Positions 18,094 through 26,071 of a DNA stretch of 64,000 bases are shown piece after piece. Under the pieces are notes generated by a model. It worked only from the letters and a program-made list of their open reading frames with translations, was not told where the DNA came from and made no database searches. Position numbers and translations under genes: made by a program. The stretch comes from a virus (lineage: Duplodnaviria; Caudoviricetes): the IMG/VR virus record IMGVR_UViG_3300028410_000746. The stretch is one strand, 5' to 3'. Each line of letters begins with the position of its first letter. Position 1 is the stretch's first letter.

Positions 18094-18987
18094 TCAGCTC
18101 TCCAAAGACTCTTTGACGAAGGAGACGACCCTATTCACACCCAAGCTATGCAGCTCCTGGACCGAGACATCCGAAGACAGCTCCTCGATCTTCGGCATAC
18201 CCGACCAGCGCTCGGACGCCGCCGCTACTGCCGCGCGTCCGCTCTCCCACCAGCGAGCCTCCGACTCAGCCTCTCCTGTGGCCACGGTGACGCGTTCGTA
18301 GTCAGCCCGGAGGCCCAGCACCAGATCATACGAAGGAGGCACGCCGTTGTCGTAGCGGGTCATGCTTGCGTGCATATCATCGGAAGCCACGCTCAGCAGA
18401 AGCGGCAAGGGAGACGGGTAGAGCAGGACGCTTGGCCCCACTCGTAGATCCGCCGTCTCCCTGGCGATACGATCTAACATGGCCTGGAGCTTCCACGTAT
18501 GGACCGCCCGGATCTGGTCATCCTCCAGGATCGTGTCCTGGTCCCACAGGTCTCTCCCTCCATAGATACCCATATCACGCTGCGACAGCACGTGCAGCGC
18601 AGACGGGACCACCAAGGGGTTACAGCCAATGGAACGCAGATGCGATGCCAAGCCCTCCGTGAACTTGGGTATCCGAGACCCCGGAGCGCCCCACAAGGCA
18701 ATGGAGACCACTGACGGCTTCGTGGCGCGCGAATGCGCCTCATATTCGACCAGATTATCTCGCAGGATCGAGAACGTCTTCGCACCCGATACCCGCTCGC
18801 CGTCTACAAAGGGGGCGAGATCCCAGTAGGGTACGAGAGAATCGCAACCGCGTACATTCGTCTCACCTCTGTGGACGACTACATACAGGGAGCCCTCCTC
18901 GTACTTGCGAACAGGGTTCAAGAGGATGAACGACCGCAACAGCCGTAAGATTAGCCCTGGAGCCGGGTTCAAGAGTCGATGTGTCAT
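18094..18987 (-). CDS. Hypothetical protein
   Basis: Tiles operon. Confidence 0.55.
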   Translation of the reverse strand: MTHRLLNPAPGLILRLLRSFILLNPVRKYEEGSLYVVVHRGETNVRGCDSLVPYWDLAPFVDGERVSGAKTFSILRDNLVEYEAHSRATKPSVVSIALWGAPGSRIPKFTEGLASHLRSIGCNPLVVPSALHVLSQRDMGIYGGRDLWDQDTILEDDQIRAVHTWKLQAMLDRIARETADLRVGPSVLLYPSPLPLLLSVASDDMHASMTRYDNGVPPSYDLVLGLRADYERVTVATGEAESEARWWESGRAAVAAASERWSGMPKIEELSSDVSVQELHSLGVNRVVSFVKESLES

Positions 18988-19071
18988 TCGTCTTCCCGAG
19001 GTAATACGATGCCCAAGAGATGGGGAGGTGCGTTTAGCGCCCTGGCGATGCGCTCCGCCGTGTAGGCCACG

Positions 19072-19563
19072 TTAGACGAGGTGGCCCGCCTCCAGCCTTG
19101 AGTGTCGCGCAGCTCCCGCGTCTGTGTGCGTAGTTGAAGGTTCAGAGTAGCGCCCCAAAACAGGCCCCGCAGGGACGGGCTGTGGTCGCTGCTCAAGTGT
19201 GCTCATCACGCTCGGACTCACCACCAAGGTAGACGGTGCATAATCCCCACTCAAAGACCTACGCGCCTCAAATAGGGCGTCAAGGACAGACCCTCGCCGT
19301 GCCGGGGCCACCGGTGGGTACGTAGGTACGAACGTAGCGGGGGATATCTCCGCGCGCATGCGCGCGATCCTCCCCATTAGCGACGGGAGCGTCGGTGGAG
19401 TACCAAACTCCCCGGTAAAGGGAGAGCGGCCACTATACGAGGTGGAAGCATACACCTCCCACTCCCGAGGCATTGAGTTTGTGAGCAAAGAACCGTAGAA
19501 GGCCCAATCGGCACGTGAGCTTGGCCAAAACTCACGGCCCGTATCGTCAGAGCACCACGCCAT
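19072..19563 (-). CDS. Hypothetical protein
   Basis: ORF track; boundaries uncertain. Confidence 0.35.
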   Translation of the reverse strand: MAWCSDDTGREFWPSSRADWAFYGSLLTNSMPREWEVYASTSYSGRSPFTGEFGTPPTLPSLMGRIARMRAEISPATFVPTYPPVAPARRGSVLDALFEARRSLSGDYAPSTLVVSPSVMSTLEQRPQPVPAGPVLGRYSEPSTTHTDAGAARHSRLEAGHLV

Positions 19564-19720
19564 TTCGAGGGTACGCGTTGCCGTTAAACGGGAAGGAGGC
19601 TACCGTCCCGCTGACTTTGCGCCTCTTGCGACCTCGTACCTCCTTCAAGTAGGGCTCGATGAGGCGCTGATTCTCGTGCGCAAACTTCATAGCCTTGAGC
19701 GCTGGGTGTCGGATCAACAT
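19547..19720 (-). CDS. Small basic hypothetical protein (57 aa)
   Basis: RBS AAGGAG then ATG TTG ATC; below the track cutoff. Confidence 0.45.
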   Translation of the reverse strand: MLIRHPALKAMKFAHENQRLIEPYLKEVRGRKRRKVSGTVASFPFNGNAYPRNGVVL

Positions 19721-19741
19721 GAGAGGGCTCCTTGAGAGGTA

Positions 19742-19814
19742 TAGTCACGATGGGACTCGAACCCATACACGGGGATTTAGAATCCCCTGCTCTAACCCGT
19801 TGAGCTACACGACT
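19742..19814 (-). tRNA. tRNA-Sup(CUA), amber suppressor, copy 1
   Basis: Cloverleaf; anticodon arm GGGGA-TT CTA AA-TCCCC; A73; no encoded CCA. Confidence 0.9.
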
Positions 19815-19929
19815 GGAATGGAGAGGTAGGCACGTACTTGGTTTTTGCCGGACCAAAGCAGGCTCTTGGTTAGAAGACCCTGTACCCCCTCTCCATGCCG
19901 GGTACTATGCCACACCCCATGCGTAGGGG

Positions 19930-20880
19930 TCAAGACAAATAGGCACCCTCGGGACCACAAAGATCCAGGCGATCGCCAATGAGACCTCGCACGCGCGCAC
20001 GCTCGTCCGCATCCATGCGCGCCCACTGAGCCGCCACCTGCTCCCGGACCTCGGCAGGAACCTTATCCTTTGGAGAGGGTACCCACTCACGCAGGTACTG
20101 AATCATCTGGGCTGCGCGGTCCATGTCTGACGGCCGCCAGACGCACACACGCTCTCGCTCCTCCGTCACCGCCTTGACGGACTTGAAGGCCTCCTCAGAG
20201 TCGACGTCATTGTCCAGGTAGTCCTCCCAGCAGGCGCTGTTGAGGGCATTGAACGCAAGGTCCTGCTCTCCCTTCAGGTCGAGCACGAAGGCTTCGTACT
20301 CCTTGTGGTAGATCGCGTCTTCTTCTTTCCAGGTGAAGCTGCCGTCTTCCTGCCAGGACCCCTCAGTCGGGTCCAACCCTGACTCGAAGATCACGGGCCA
20401 CGGAACGTTGAGAGGCTCGCTGACGTCATACATCCGCACCTGATAGGGACACCCCCAGTAGCAGCCCTCCATGACCAGGAACTGCTTGCACGGCGACAGT
20501 TGCATCAACGCAATGCAGAACCCATGTCCGTCATTGGCCGCCTCGGAGAGGAAGTCGACCTGTTCGCCGTCGCTCAGGCGCACCACCGTATACCCCTGGT
20601 AGTCAAACCCACAGATCAAGTAGTCCTCGCCGTCCTCCGCGCCCACGAGGAACTCGTAAGGAAAAGACCCGAAGTTGCGGTCGACCCGCGCCACCTCGTC
20701 ATCTCCCCGATACACAATCCCACGAGAGTAGCCCCACGCCTCCTTTTCCGGATTATTCAGGTTGCCGATCACGAGTTGGTAGGTCTCGCAAGGGCTCATC
20801 CGGGGTGTGTCCCGCACCGTGAAATCCCAGTCGGACATGTCAGGGCGGTCGTAGGCTTCGGTCGTCGTCTCAGCACTCAT
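19930..20880 (-). CDS. Hypothetical acidic protein
   Basis: RBS GGAG; start MSAETT. Confidence 0.6.
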   Translation of the reverse strand: MSAETTTEAYDRPDMSDWDFTVRDTPRMSPCETYQLVIGNLNNPEKEAWGYSRGIVYRGDDEVARVDRNFGSFPYEFLVGAEDGEDYLICGFDYQGYTVVRLSDGEQVDFLSEAANDGHGFCIALMQLSPCKQFLVMEGCYWGCPYQVRMYDVSEPLNVPWPVIFESGLDPTEGSWQEDGSFTWKEEDAIYHKEYEAFVLDLKGEQDLAFNALNSACWEDYLDNDVDSEEAFKSVKAVTEERERVCVWRPSDMDRAAQMIQYLREWVPSPKDKVPAEVREQVAAQWARMDADERARVRGLIGDRLDLCGPEGAYLS

Positions 20881-20945
20881 TGTCTTCTCCAGTATTAAAG
20901 GCGAAGGGCCCACGCATCCAATGATGCGCGAGCCCTTCAGGTTGT

Positions 20946-21542
20946 TCACGTGTTGTACGTGTCTCGCCGCTGCCGGCTCTCCTCGGCGTACTCCTCCGTG
21001 GAGCGATACTGCCGGCGCGTCCGTCGCTTGGAGGCGCGCTGGCGCCTCTCCTCCTTACGAATCTCGAAGGTGGTCCGCTCGTAGGCTTTCGCCGTTGCCT
21101 CCCACTCCTCCCACGCCAGCTCGTAGCGCTCGCGCTCGGCCGCCATCACGCCCTTCGTCGTCGAGTACGGGAGACCCTGCACGTAGGAGACGACACGCGG
21201 GCCATGCTCCATCACGAGGGCCCTCACCTTGGAGAGGTCGCCCGAGAACCGATAGCGGGAGTTGCCCACCATCCTCTCGAAGCTCACGCCACGCATGAAG
21301 CCATACGCCAGCAACAGGTTTCTCAGCTTGCCCCCGTACGGACCCGCACCCGCACCGCACCGGCGACGGTACATCTTCTGGCACGCCTCCGTCTCCAGGA
21401 GGTTCCAACGCAAGGCGTCGATGGTGGTGTTGTAGTAGCGGCACTTGTGAGGACGCAGGCCCTTGGTGTTGGCGAAGGGGTTGACCTCCTCGATTGCGGG
21501 GATCTCAAGGCTCGGGGTCATTGGCTCGATAGTCATCGTCAT
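20946..21542 (-). CDS. Hypothetical basic protein
   Basis: Tiles the operon downstream of the Pth2-like gene. Confidence 0.55.
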   Translation of the reverse strand: MTMTIEPMTPSLEIPAIEEVNPFANTKGLRPHKCRYYNTTIDALRWNLLETEACQKMYRRRCGAGAGPYGGKLRNLLLAYGFMRGVSFERMVGNSRYRFSGDLSKVRALVMEHGPRVVSYVQGLPYSTTKGVMAAERERYELAWEEWEATAKAYERTTFEIRKEERRQRASKRRTRRQYRSTEEYAEESRQRRDTYNT

Positions 21543-21594
21543 CTCTCTTTGTTTGATCGGCCACAGCACAGCGAAGGGTGAGAGGTCACGTCCG

Positions 21595-21963
21595 CTATGG
21601 TGGAGGTCGAGAGGAGAGCGCCAAGGGCAAGCCACGGGTCACATGCAAGCACACGTAGTCATCCATCCCGTCGGGATCACCCAGGGGGCGGATCGCCACG
21701 GCGGTCACCGCGTCGCCGTAATACGGCTCACGGAAGACAGTGTGTGAGATGTGATGGGCTTGGAGCTTGGCGACGAGACTCACGAGGTGGTCTTCATCGC
21801 GGGCCGCCAGCATGACGATTCGGTTGGACACTGCGCGCCACGTAGCTACCCCATCCGAGGAGTCTAACGTGTGCTCAATGGCCGCATGAAGCGACTGAGC
21901 GGCCTGTTGCCCGGCAGATAGGTCTGCTCGGGTGACGACATAGAATTTAGCGTTCTACGACAT
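21595..21963 (-). CDS. Pth2-like protein with an in-frame amber codon at codon 3
   Basis: GGAG-N9-ATG TCG TAG AAC GCT AAA TTC TAT GTC = M-S-*-NAKFYVVTRADLSAGQQAAQSLHAA..RIVML..VFREP..TAVAIRP; 122 aa with readthrough. Confidence 0.8.
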
Positions 21964-22060
21964 GTCTTAAGGCTCCAGTAGATCGAGGCACCCAGTGCGC
22001 CTCGGGTTCGTTAGAAAGAGAATGGACACATCGCGACCTTGTGTCAAGGTCTTTTCGCAG

Positions 22061-22252
22061 TCAAGCGATACGCTCGACCTCGAACTCATCGGAAGCCCCA
22101 CCACCAACGGTCACTCGATCGCCCGGTTTTTCCAGGCTCTCCAAGCTCTTGACATCGAAGTCGTCGTTGCTGGTGACCAGCTCGTTGACCGAGCCGGTCC
22201 AGATCAGGGTTCCGCTGTCGTAGAGATTCACATCGTAGTCCAACATGGTCAC
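22061..22252 (-). CDS. Hypothetical protein
   Basis: RBS AAGGAG; behind a promoter copy at about 22280-22310. Confidence 0.55.
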   Translation of the reverse strand: MTMLDYDVNLYDSGTLIWTGSVNELVTSNDDFDVKSLESLEKPGDRVTVGGGASDEFEVERIA

Positions 22253-22322
22253 GCTCCTTGTGCGTTAGGTTGCACGAGGTATGTACCACAAGGAGATTAG
22301 GCTGTAAAAGAAAACTACGAAG

Positions 22323-22395
22323 TGGACGATGCGAGGATCGAACTCGCTACCTCCGCTGTGCAAAAGCGGCGCTCTCCCAGATGAGCTAATCGCCC
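22323..22395 (-). tRNA. tRNA-Ala(UGC)
   Basis: Cloverleaf, G3:U70, A73. Confidence 0.95.
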
Positions 22396-22459
22396 GGAAA
22401 CGGGAGGGGGGTTGCAAACGAGCCTCCGTAGAGGGCATCGCCTGCAACCCCGATATGAG

Positions 22460-22590
22460 CTGTACGAACAAGGGACTGGAAACGGAAGTTTAGCGTGCTA
22501 CCCATACACTACCCCCCGAAGGGGGCCGGGACTCGAACCCGGTCTGCCTCATTAACAGTGAGATAACCGTTTGCCATTCAGATCGTACAG
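22460..22590 (-). ncRNA. Circularly permuted tRNA-Asn(GUU)-like domain (core 22494-22563) in a conserved scaffold
   Basis: Order: anticodon arm (loop CT GTT AA), T arm, CCCCC-TTCG-GGGGG, D arm. Flanks pair. Confidence 0.75.
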
Positions 22591-22610
22591 AACATCACCC
22601 GTAAGGGTTG

Positions 22611-22740
22611 TGCGGTCAAGAGGTTAGAAGTGCTTATATATCAGATGCCTCTACCAGTTGGGCTACGTCGCTATAGGCGCGACGGCGGGGCTCGAACCCG
22701 CAACACTCCGATTCCGTTAAAGCTCTTCAAGCAGACCGCA
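22611..22740 (-). ncRNA. Circularly permuted tRNA-like domain opened in the anticodon loop (core 22641-22713)
   Basis: AA-TCGGA, variable loop, T arm, CGTCGC-GCCTATA-GCGACG, D arm, TCTGA. Flanks pair. Confidence 0.7.
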
Positions 22741-22742
22741 CA

Positions 22743-22882
22743 TACGGACCGAGGGAGTCGAACCCTCGCGTTTAGACCTCGCCAGGAGTTTTTTAGTACC
22801 TTGGGGTCGCCCGTATCTCGTCTTTCCGAGATGTCACCGCAAGAATTTTGGTCTGAGTACCTACCAACCTTGCGGAATCCGT
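22743..22882 (-). ncRNA. tRNA-like RNA with a large structured insert
   Basis: Acceptor ACGGATT/GGTCCGT plus A73; T arm GAGGG-TTCGACT-CCCTC; internal hairpins. Confidence 0.45.
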
Positions 22883-22899
22883 AGGTACCCCCCAGCGTC

Positions 22900-23717
22900 T
22901 GGTCTTGCTGGACCTCTCCAGGAGGTGCGAGGAACTCCCTGAGCATCCCGTCTCCCAACAACAATGGCAAGAGGGTTCCTCATCCTGGAGGGTGGTGTTT
23001 GAAGCTGGGTCAAGTTTGCGTAGCCAGGGTGCAAGCCACGTCTCTCAACGGGGCAAGTTTTGGATAACCCGAGCTACATCAGACCCAGCTTCAAGCTGGT
23101 CCGGCCGGAGCCGGTAGAAAGCTTCCCGGTCAAGGTAGCGTAGGAGGGTATCCCCCAGCCCAACCCAGACCCACTCTCGCAGGTAGGGCTCGACATGGGG
23201 GTTTCCAGTAACCCTGCCTACATCAGACCGGAAAGAGGTGTCGCAGATGCGGTGTGGTCGCGAAGGGAACGGAAGGGAAGGGACCATCCCCATGTGCGTG
23301 GGGAATCGATCGAGTTACCATCTCTCCCACCCGCTAGAAGCCCCCTCGGTGAAGCCCGAGACCTCCCTCCGGGTATGAACCGGAGGGTGTGCTGATTACA
23401 CCAGAGGCACCGTGTCACCTCAAGGGTAACTTCGGCAGGACCTCTCCACGCACTTTGCAGTGCCTACCTTTGCTGATATCCGCGACAGGTAGTAATCCAG
23501 TGCTCCGTTCTGGACTTGCACCAGACCTTCCCGCAGACCTCTCCACCAAAGAAGAGAGATGAGGGGCGTGCCTCTAAAGGTACTCGGCGCTTCATCGGAG
23601 GATCTAAAGACCCGTCCATTTCCGTCGCCTCGTACGCCAACACTTTCGGAACAGAACGTTCGATCAAGAGAGCGACGAGGAAGATTTTTGCGGTAATCCT
23701 CGTCAGCAGATCGAACG
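22900..23717 (-). ncRNA. Highly structured non-coding region in the tRNA operon (several scaffold copies)
   Basis: No credible ORF; many nested stems and repeated motifs. Confidence 0.55.
23280..23308 (-). repeat. Degenerate solitary type I-E-like repeat
   Basis: CGATTCCCCACGCACATGGGGATGGTCCC. Confidence 0.45.
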
Positions 23718-23720
23718 TAG

Positions 23721-23792
23721 TAGGGTCGGTGGGGATTGAACCCACGACCATCTCGGTGTAAACGAGGCGCTCTCCCACTGAGCTACGACCCT
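23721..23792 (-). tRNA. tRNA-Val(UAC)
   Basis: Cloverleaf, loop TT TAC AC, A73. Confidence 0.92.
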
Positions 23793-23877
23793 AAGAGTCT
23801 TTCGAGCAAAGAATGTGCAGTTGCCGGGGGGTATCGTTTGGGGATAACCCAGCGTTCGCGGGCAGCTCGGAAGACAG

Positions 23878-23950
23878 CAGGACGCCGGGGAATCGAACCC
23901 CGATACTCGGATTTGGAAACCAAGCGGATCAGCCATTACCTCAACGTCCC
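23878..23950 (-). tRNA. tRNA-Trp(CCA)
   Basis: Loop TT CCA AA closed by U-U; G73 and G2-C71 favour Trp over Gly. Confidence 0.75.
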
Positions 23951-23953
23951 ATC

Positions 23954-23995
23954 CGGAGTGGAGCTGGGTGCCCTGAGGGTCCCAGCTCCACTCCG
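23954..23995. repeat. 15-bp perfect inverted repeat
   Basis: CGGAGTGGAGCTGGG / CCCAGCTCCACTCCG just 5' of tRNA-Trp. Confidence 0.8.
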
Positions 23996-24164
23996 TATGC
24001 AGTGTGCCTCCTCCTGAGGGGGGAAGCCACACCGCGTGATGTGTTCATTCTCTTTACTTGTCAAAGACTCTGGGTCTGCGTCGGGCTTCCCCGTGCTGAC
24101 GTCTTCCTTTATAGGGGAGGCCCTGGGAGGCTGTCAAGCACATTCTGCAAGAGCGGACCAGAAA

Positions 24165-24237
24165 AGCGACTGGCGAGACTCGAACTCGCTATCTCCTCGT
24201 TGGAAGCGAGGTGCCCTGCCGGTTGAGCTACAGTCGC
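24165..24237 (-). tRNA. tRNA-Gly(UCC)
   Basis: Cloverleaf, C2-G71, U73. Confidence 0.95.
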
Positions 24238-24312
24238 GTTGTGTCCCGGCCTGGACGGGAAGCACAACTGAGGAAGAGGTTCGAGCTATTCCAGGAAGGA
24301 CCTCGAAGAAGG

Positions 24313-25542
24313 TCAGGAGACCCTTCGGAACGGCACGTGAGCGGTATTGCACGCCGCTTCAACGTTGGCAATGAAGTCCGACCGTTGCTTGTTCTCCGTT
24401 CCGTTTCCGCGTCTCGGATACTCCAGGGGGCCGTTCAAGAGATACTTCGCGTTCTTGCGGCACGCGTAGTGGTTGTACGCCGCCCACAGGCCCGCGTACT
24501 TCTTCGACCGGTCCGACGTGCGACGGGAGAGGAGAGCCAGACGGCCGGGGTTCGCAGGAGGATTCTGAAGCTCCAACCGGAGTGCGTACTTGAGAGCCTC
24601 AAACGAGAAGTTGTCGTGGCCGCGCACGTGCACGTACGCGTAGACGCCCCCGCGATTACAAAAGAAGGACTGCAAGATGTCCCGCCCCTCTTCCAGGATC
24701 TCCTCAATCTCGCTGAAGATGGTGAGGATCTCCTCCTCGCTGCGGCGAGGAGGTCCGAAACCGGTCTTCGCATGACTGGTCTCGTAGCCGGAGATGTCCA
24801 ACGCCGTCATGTACGTCACCCACGTAGGGGCCCCCTCGAAGTACCCCAGCTCTTCGCGAAGCTCCGGAGTGTAGAGGGCCAAGAGACGTTGCGCATTCTT
24901 ACGCCTCTCCGGATCGCCGCCCACCATCCCTGCCTCGTACGCAATGAAGTCCATAGTGGTCCAGACAGAGCCCGTCTCGTTGAGAATTCGCAGCGACTCG
25001 ACGGGGTTTTGACCCGTCTCCAGGAAGGAGACGTACGCGTCCAGAGGCTCTCCCCGCTCCTCCAGGACCTGGAGCCTCGCATGGATGCGATGCTGGCCGT
25101 CGATCACCACGAAGGGAGCGTCGGGGTTGGGGTCCCCCTTGTAGTCCACGAGGGTGTCCTCAGGGGACAAGCCCTGCGGGTAGGGCTTCACGCACACTGA
25201 CGCGGGGACCGACGCCGACAGATCACACGTCTTCATCTTGGCGGTCAGGTTGTTGACAAGCTTCTCGTCAAGGTCCCGATTGTGTGAGGAGAACCCAAGG
25301 AGCATCGGGTCGGTGATCCGATAAGAGACCTTGTAGGGCTCCAGATCCGGGTGAGCCACCTGTGCGGGCGACACCGTAGGCGTGATCACCGTCGAAGGAA
25401 TCACTCCAGACTTGACCTTGGCCGAAGGCTTGGCGTTTTGGGCGAGCTTGGCGGACTTGGCGAGCTTGGACTCCGGACCGAGTAGCGCATCAAGGGCGAG
25501 CTGCGTGCGGCTGCCCGAAGAGTCGGACGTAGAAGACGACAT
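24313..25542 (-). CDS. ParB/Srx-like (DGQHR) domain protein
   Basis: FVVIDGQHRIHARL. Confidence 0.6.
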   Translation of the reverse strand: MSSSTSDSSGSRTQLALDALLGPESKLAKSAKLAQNAKPSAKVKSGVIPSTVITPTVSPAQVAHPDLEPYKVSYRITDPMLLGFSSHNRDLDEKLVNNLTAKMKTCDLSASVPASVCVKPYPQGLSPEDTLVDYKGDPNPDAPFVVIDGQHRIHARLQVLEERGEPLDAYVSFLETGQNPVESLRILNETGSVWTTMDFIAYEAGMVGGDPERRKNAQRLLALYTPELREELGYFEGAPTWVTYMTALDISGYETSHAKTGFGPPRRSEEEILTIFSEIEEILEEGRDILQSFFCNRGGVYAYVHVRGHDNFSFEALKYALRLELQNPPANPGRLALLSRRTSDRSKKYAGLWAAYNHYACRKNAKYLLNGPLEYPRRGNGTENKQRSDFIANVEAACNTAHVPFRRVS

Positions 25543-25621
25543 AGGAACTCCTGTACTAGTTCACGTGAGCGACGACTCTACCACACACAGAGTGAACGGG
25601 TCAAGCATATCAGACCTCAGA

Positions 25622-26056
25622 TCACGTAAGGTGTGCCGACACTGCGAAGATGTCATTACCGAAGCGGTCGACGAGCTGACGGGTGAAGGCCTCCAGCTCC
25701 ATCCGAACACCTCGAAGGGTCGCCTGAGAAGGGGAGGGGAAAGGAACCTGGAGGTGGATGTGGATATGGGGCATGAGGAGAACATCATCCCACTCGAACT
25801 CCGTGACGTAGGGTAGCCCACGCTCCAGGAAGTCCGACACGTGACAGAACGCGCGCAGCGTCTGCTCCAGCTCCAACAGCGTGATCGTGGTCTCCCAGTA
25901 CACCGGAGTCGTCGAGTGCTCATCCAGGTGACAGGAGGCTCGACGATCCGAGACCGGAGCGACCGCTGCGGGGAGGTCCATGTACGGCGTGTAAAAGGGA
26001 ACCGGGAGGAGAGCTGTAACCGCTTCTGGGAGGTCTTCGTAATCATCGGAGGGCAT
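25622..26056 (-). CDS. Hypothetical protein
   Basis: Tiles operon. Confidence 0.5.
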   Translation of the reverse strand: MPSDDYEDLPEAVTALLPVPFYTPYMDLPAAVAPVSDRRASCHLDEHSTTPVYWETTITLLELEQTLRAFCHVSDFLERGLPYVTEFEWDDVLLMPHIHIHLQVPFPSPSQATLRGVRMELEAFTRQLVDRFGNDIFAVSAHLT

Positions 26057-26071
26057 ATCAAGGCCGGGGCT

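Noticed and set aside
19690-19741. HDV-like theta ribozyme 3' of the suppressor tRNAs
   Set aside because: Copy 1 is followed directly by an RBS and ORF, and copy 2 by a promoter. No nested double pseudoknot was recognisable.
19742-19814. Reading the CUA tRNAs as tRNA-Pyl
   Set aside because: They have a canonical 5-bp anticodon stem, a 4-5-nt variable loop, D-loop GG and TTC, unlike tRNA-Pyl. No pyl genes are in the window.
22743-22882. tmRNA
   Set aside because: Too short, with no tag reading frame and no GGGG..GA 5' end or ACCA 3' end.
23001-23235. Hammerhead ribozymes at the CTGATG motifs
   Set aside because: The core reads CUGAUGU rather than CUGANGA, and the GAAA/NUH three-stem geometry is absent.
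23878-23950. tRNA-Gly with a 9-nt frameshift-suppressor loop
   Set aside because: A U-U-closed 7-nt CCA loop plus G73 fits Trp better, and a normal Gly(UCC) lies at 24165.
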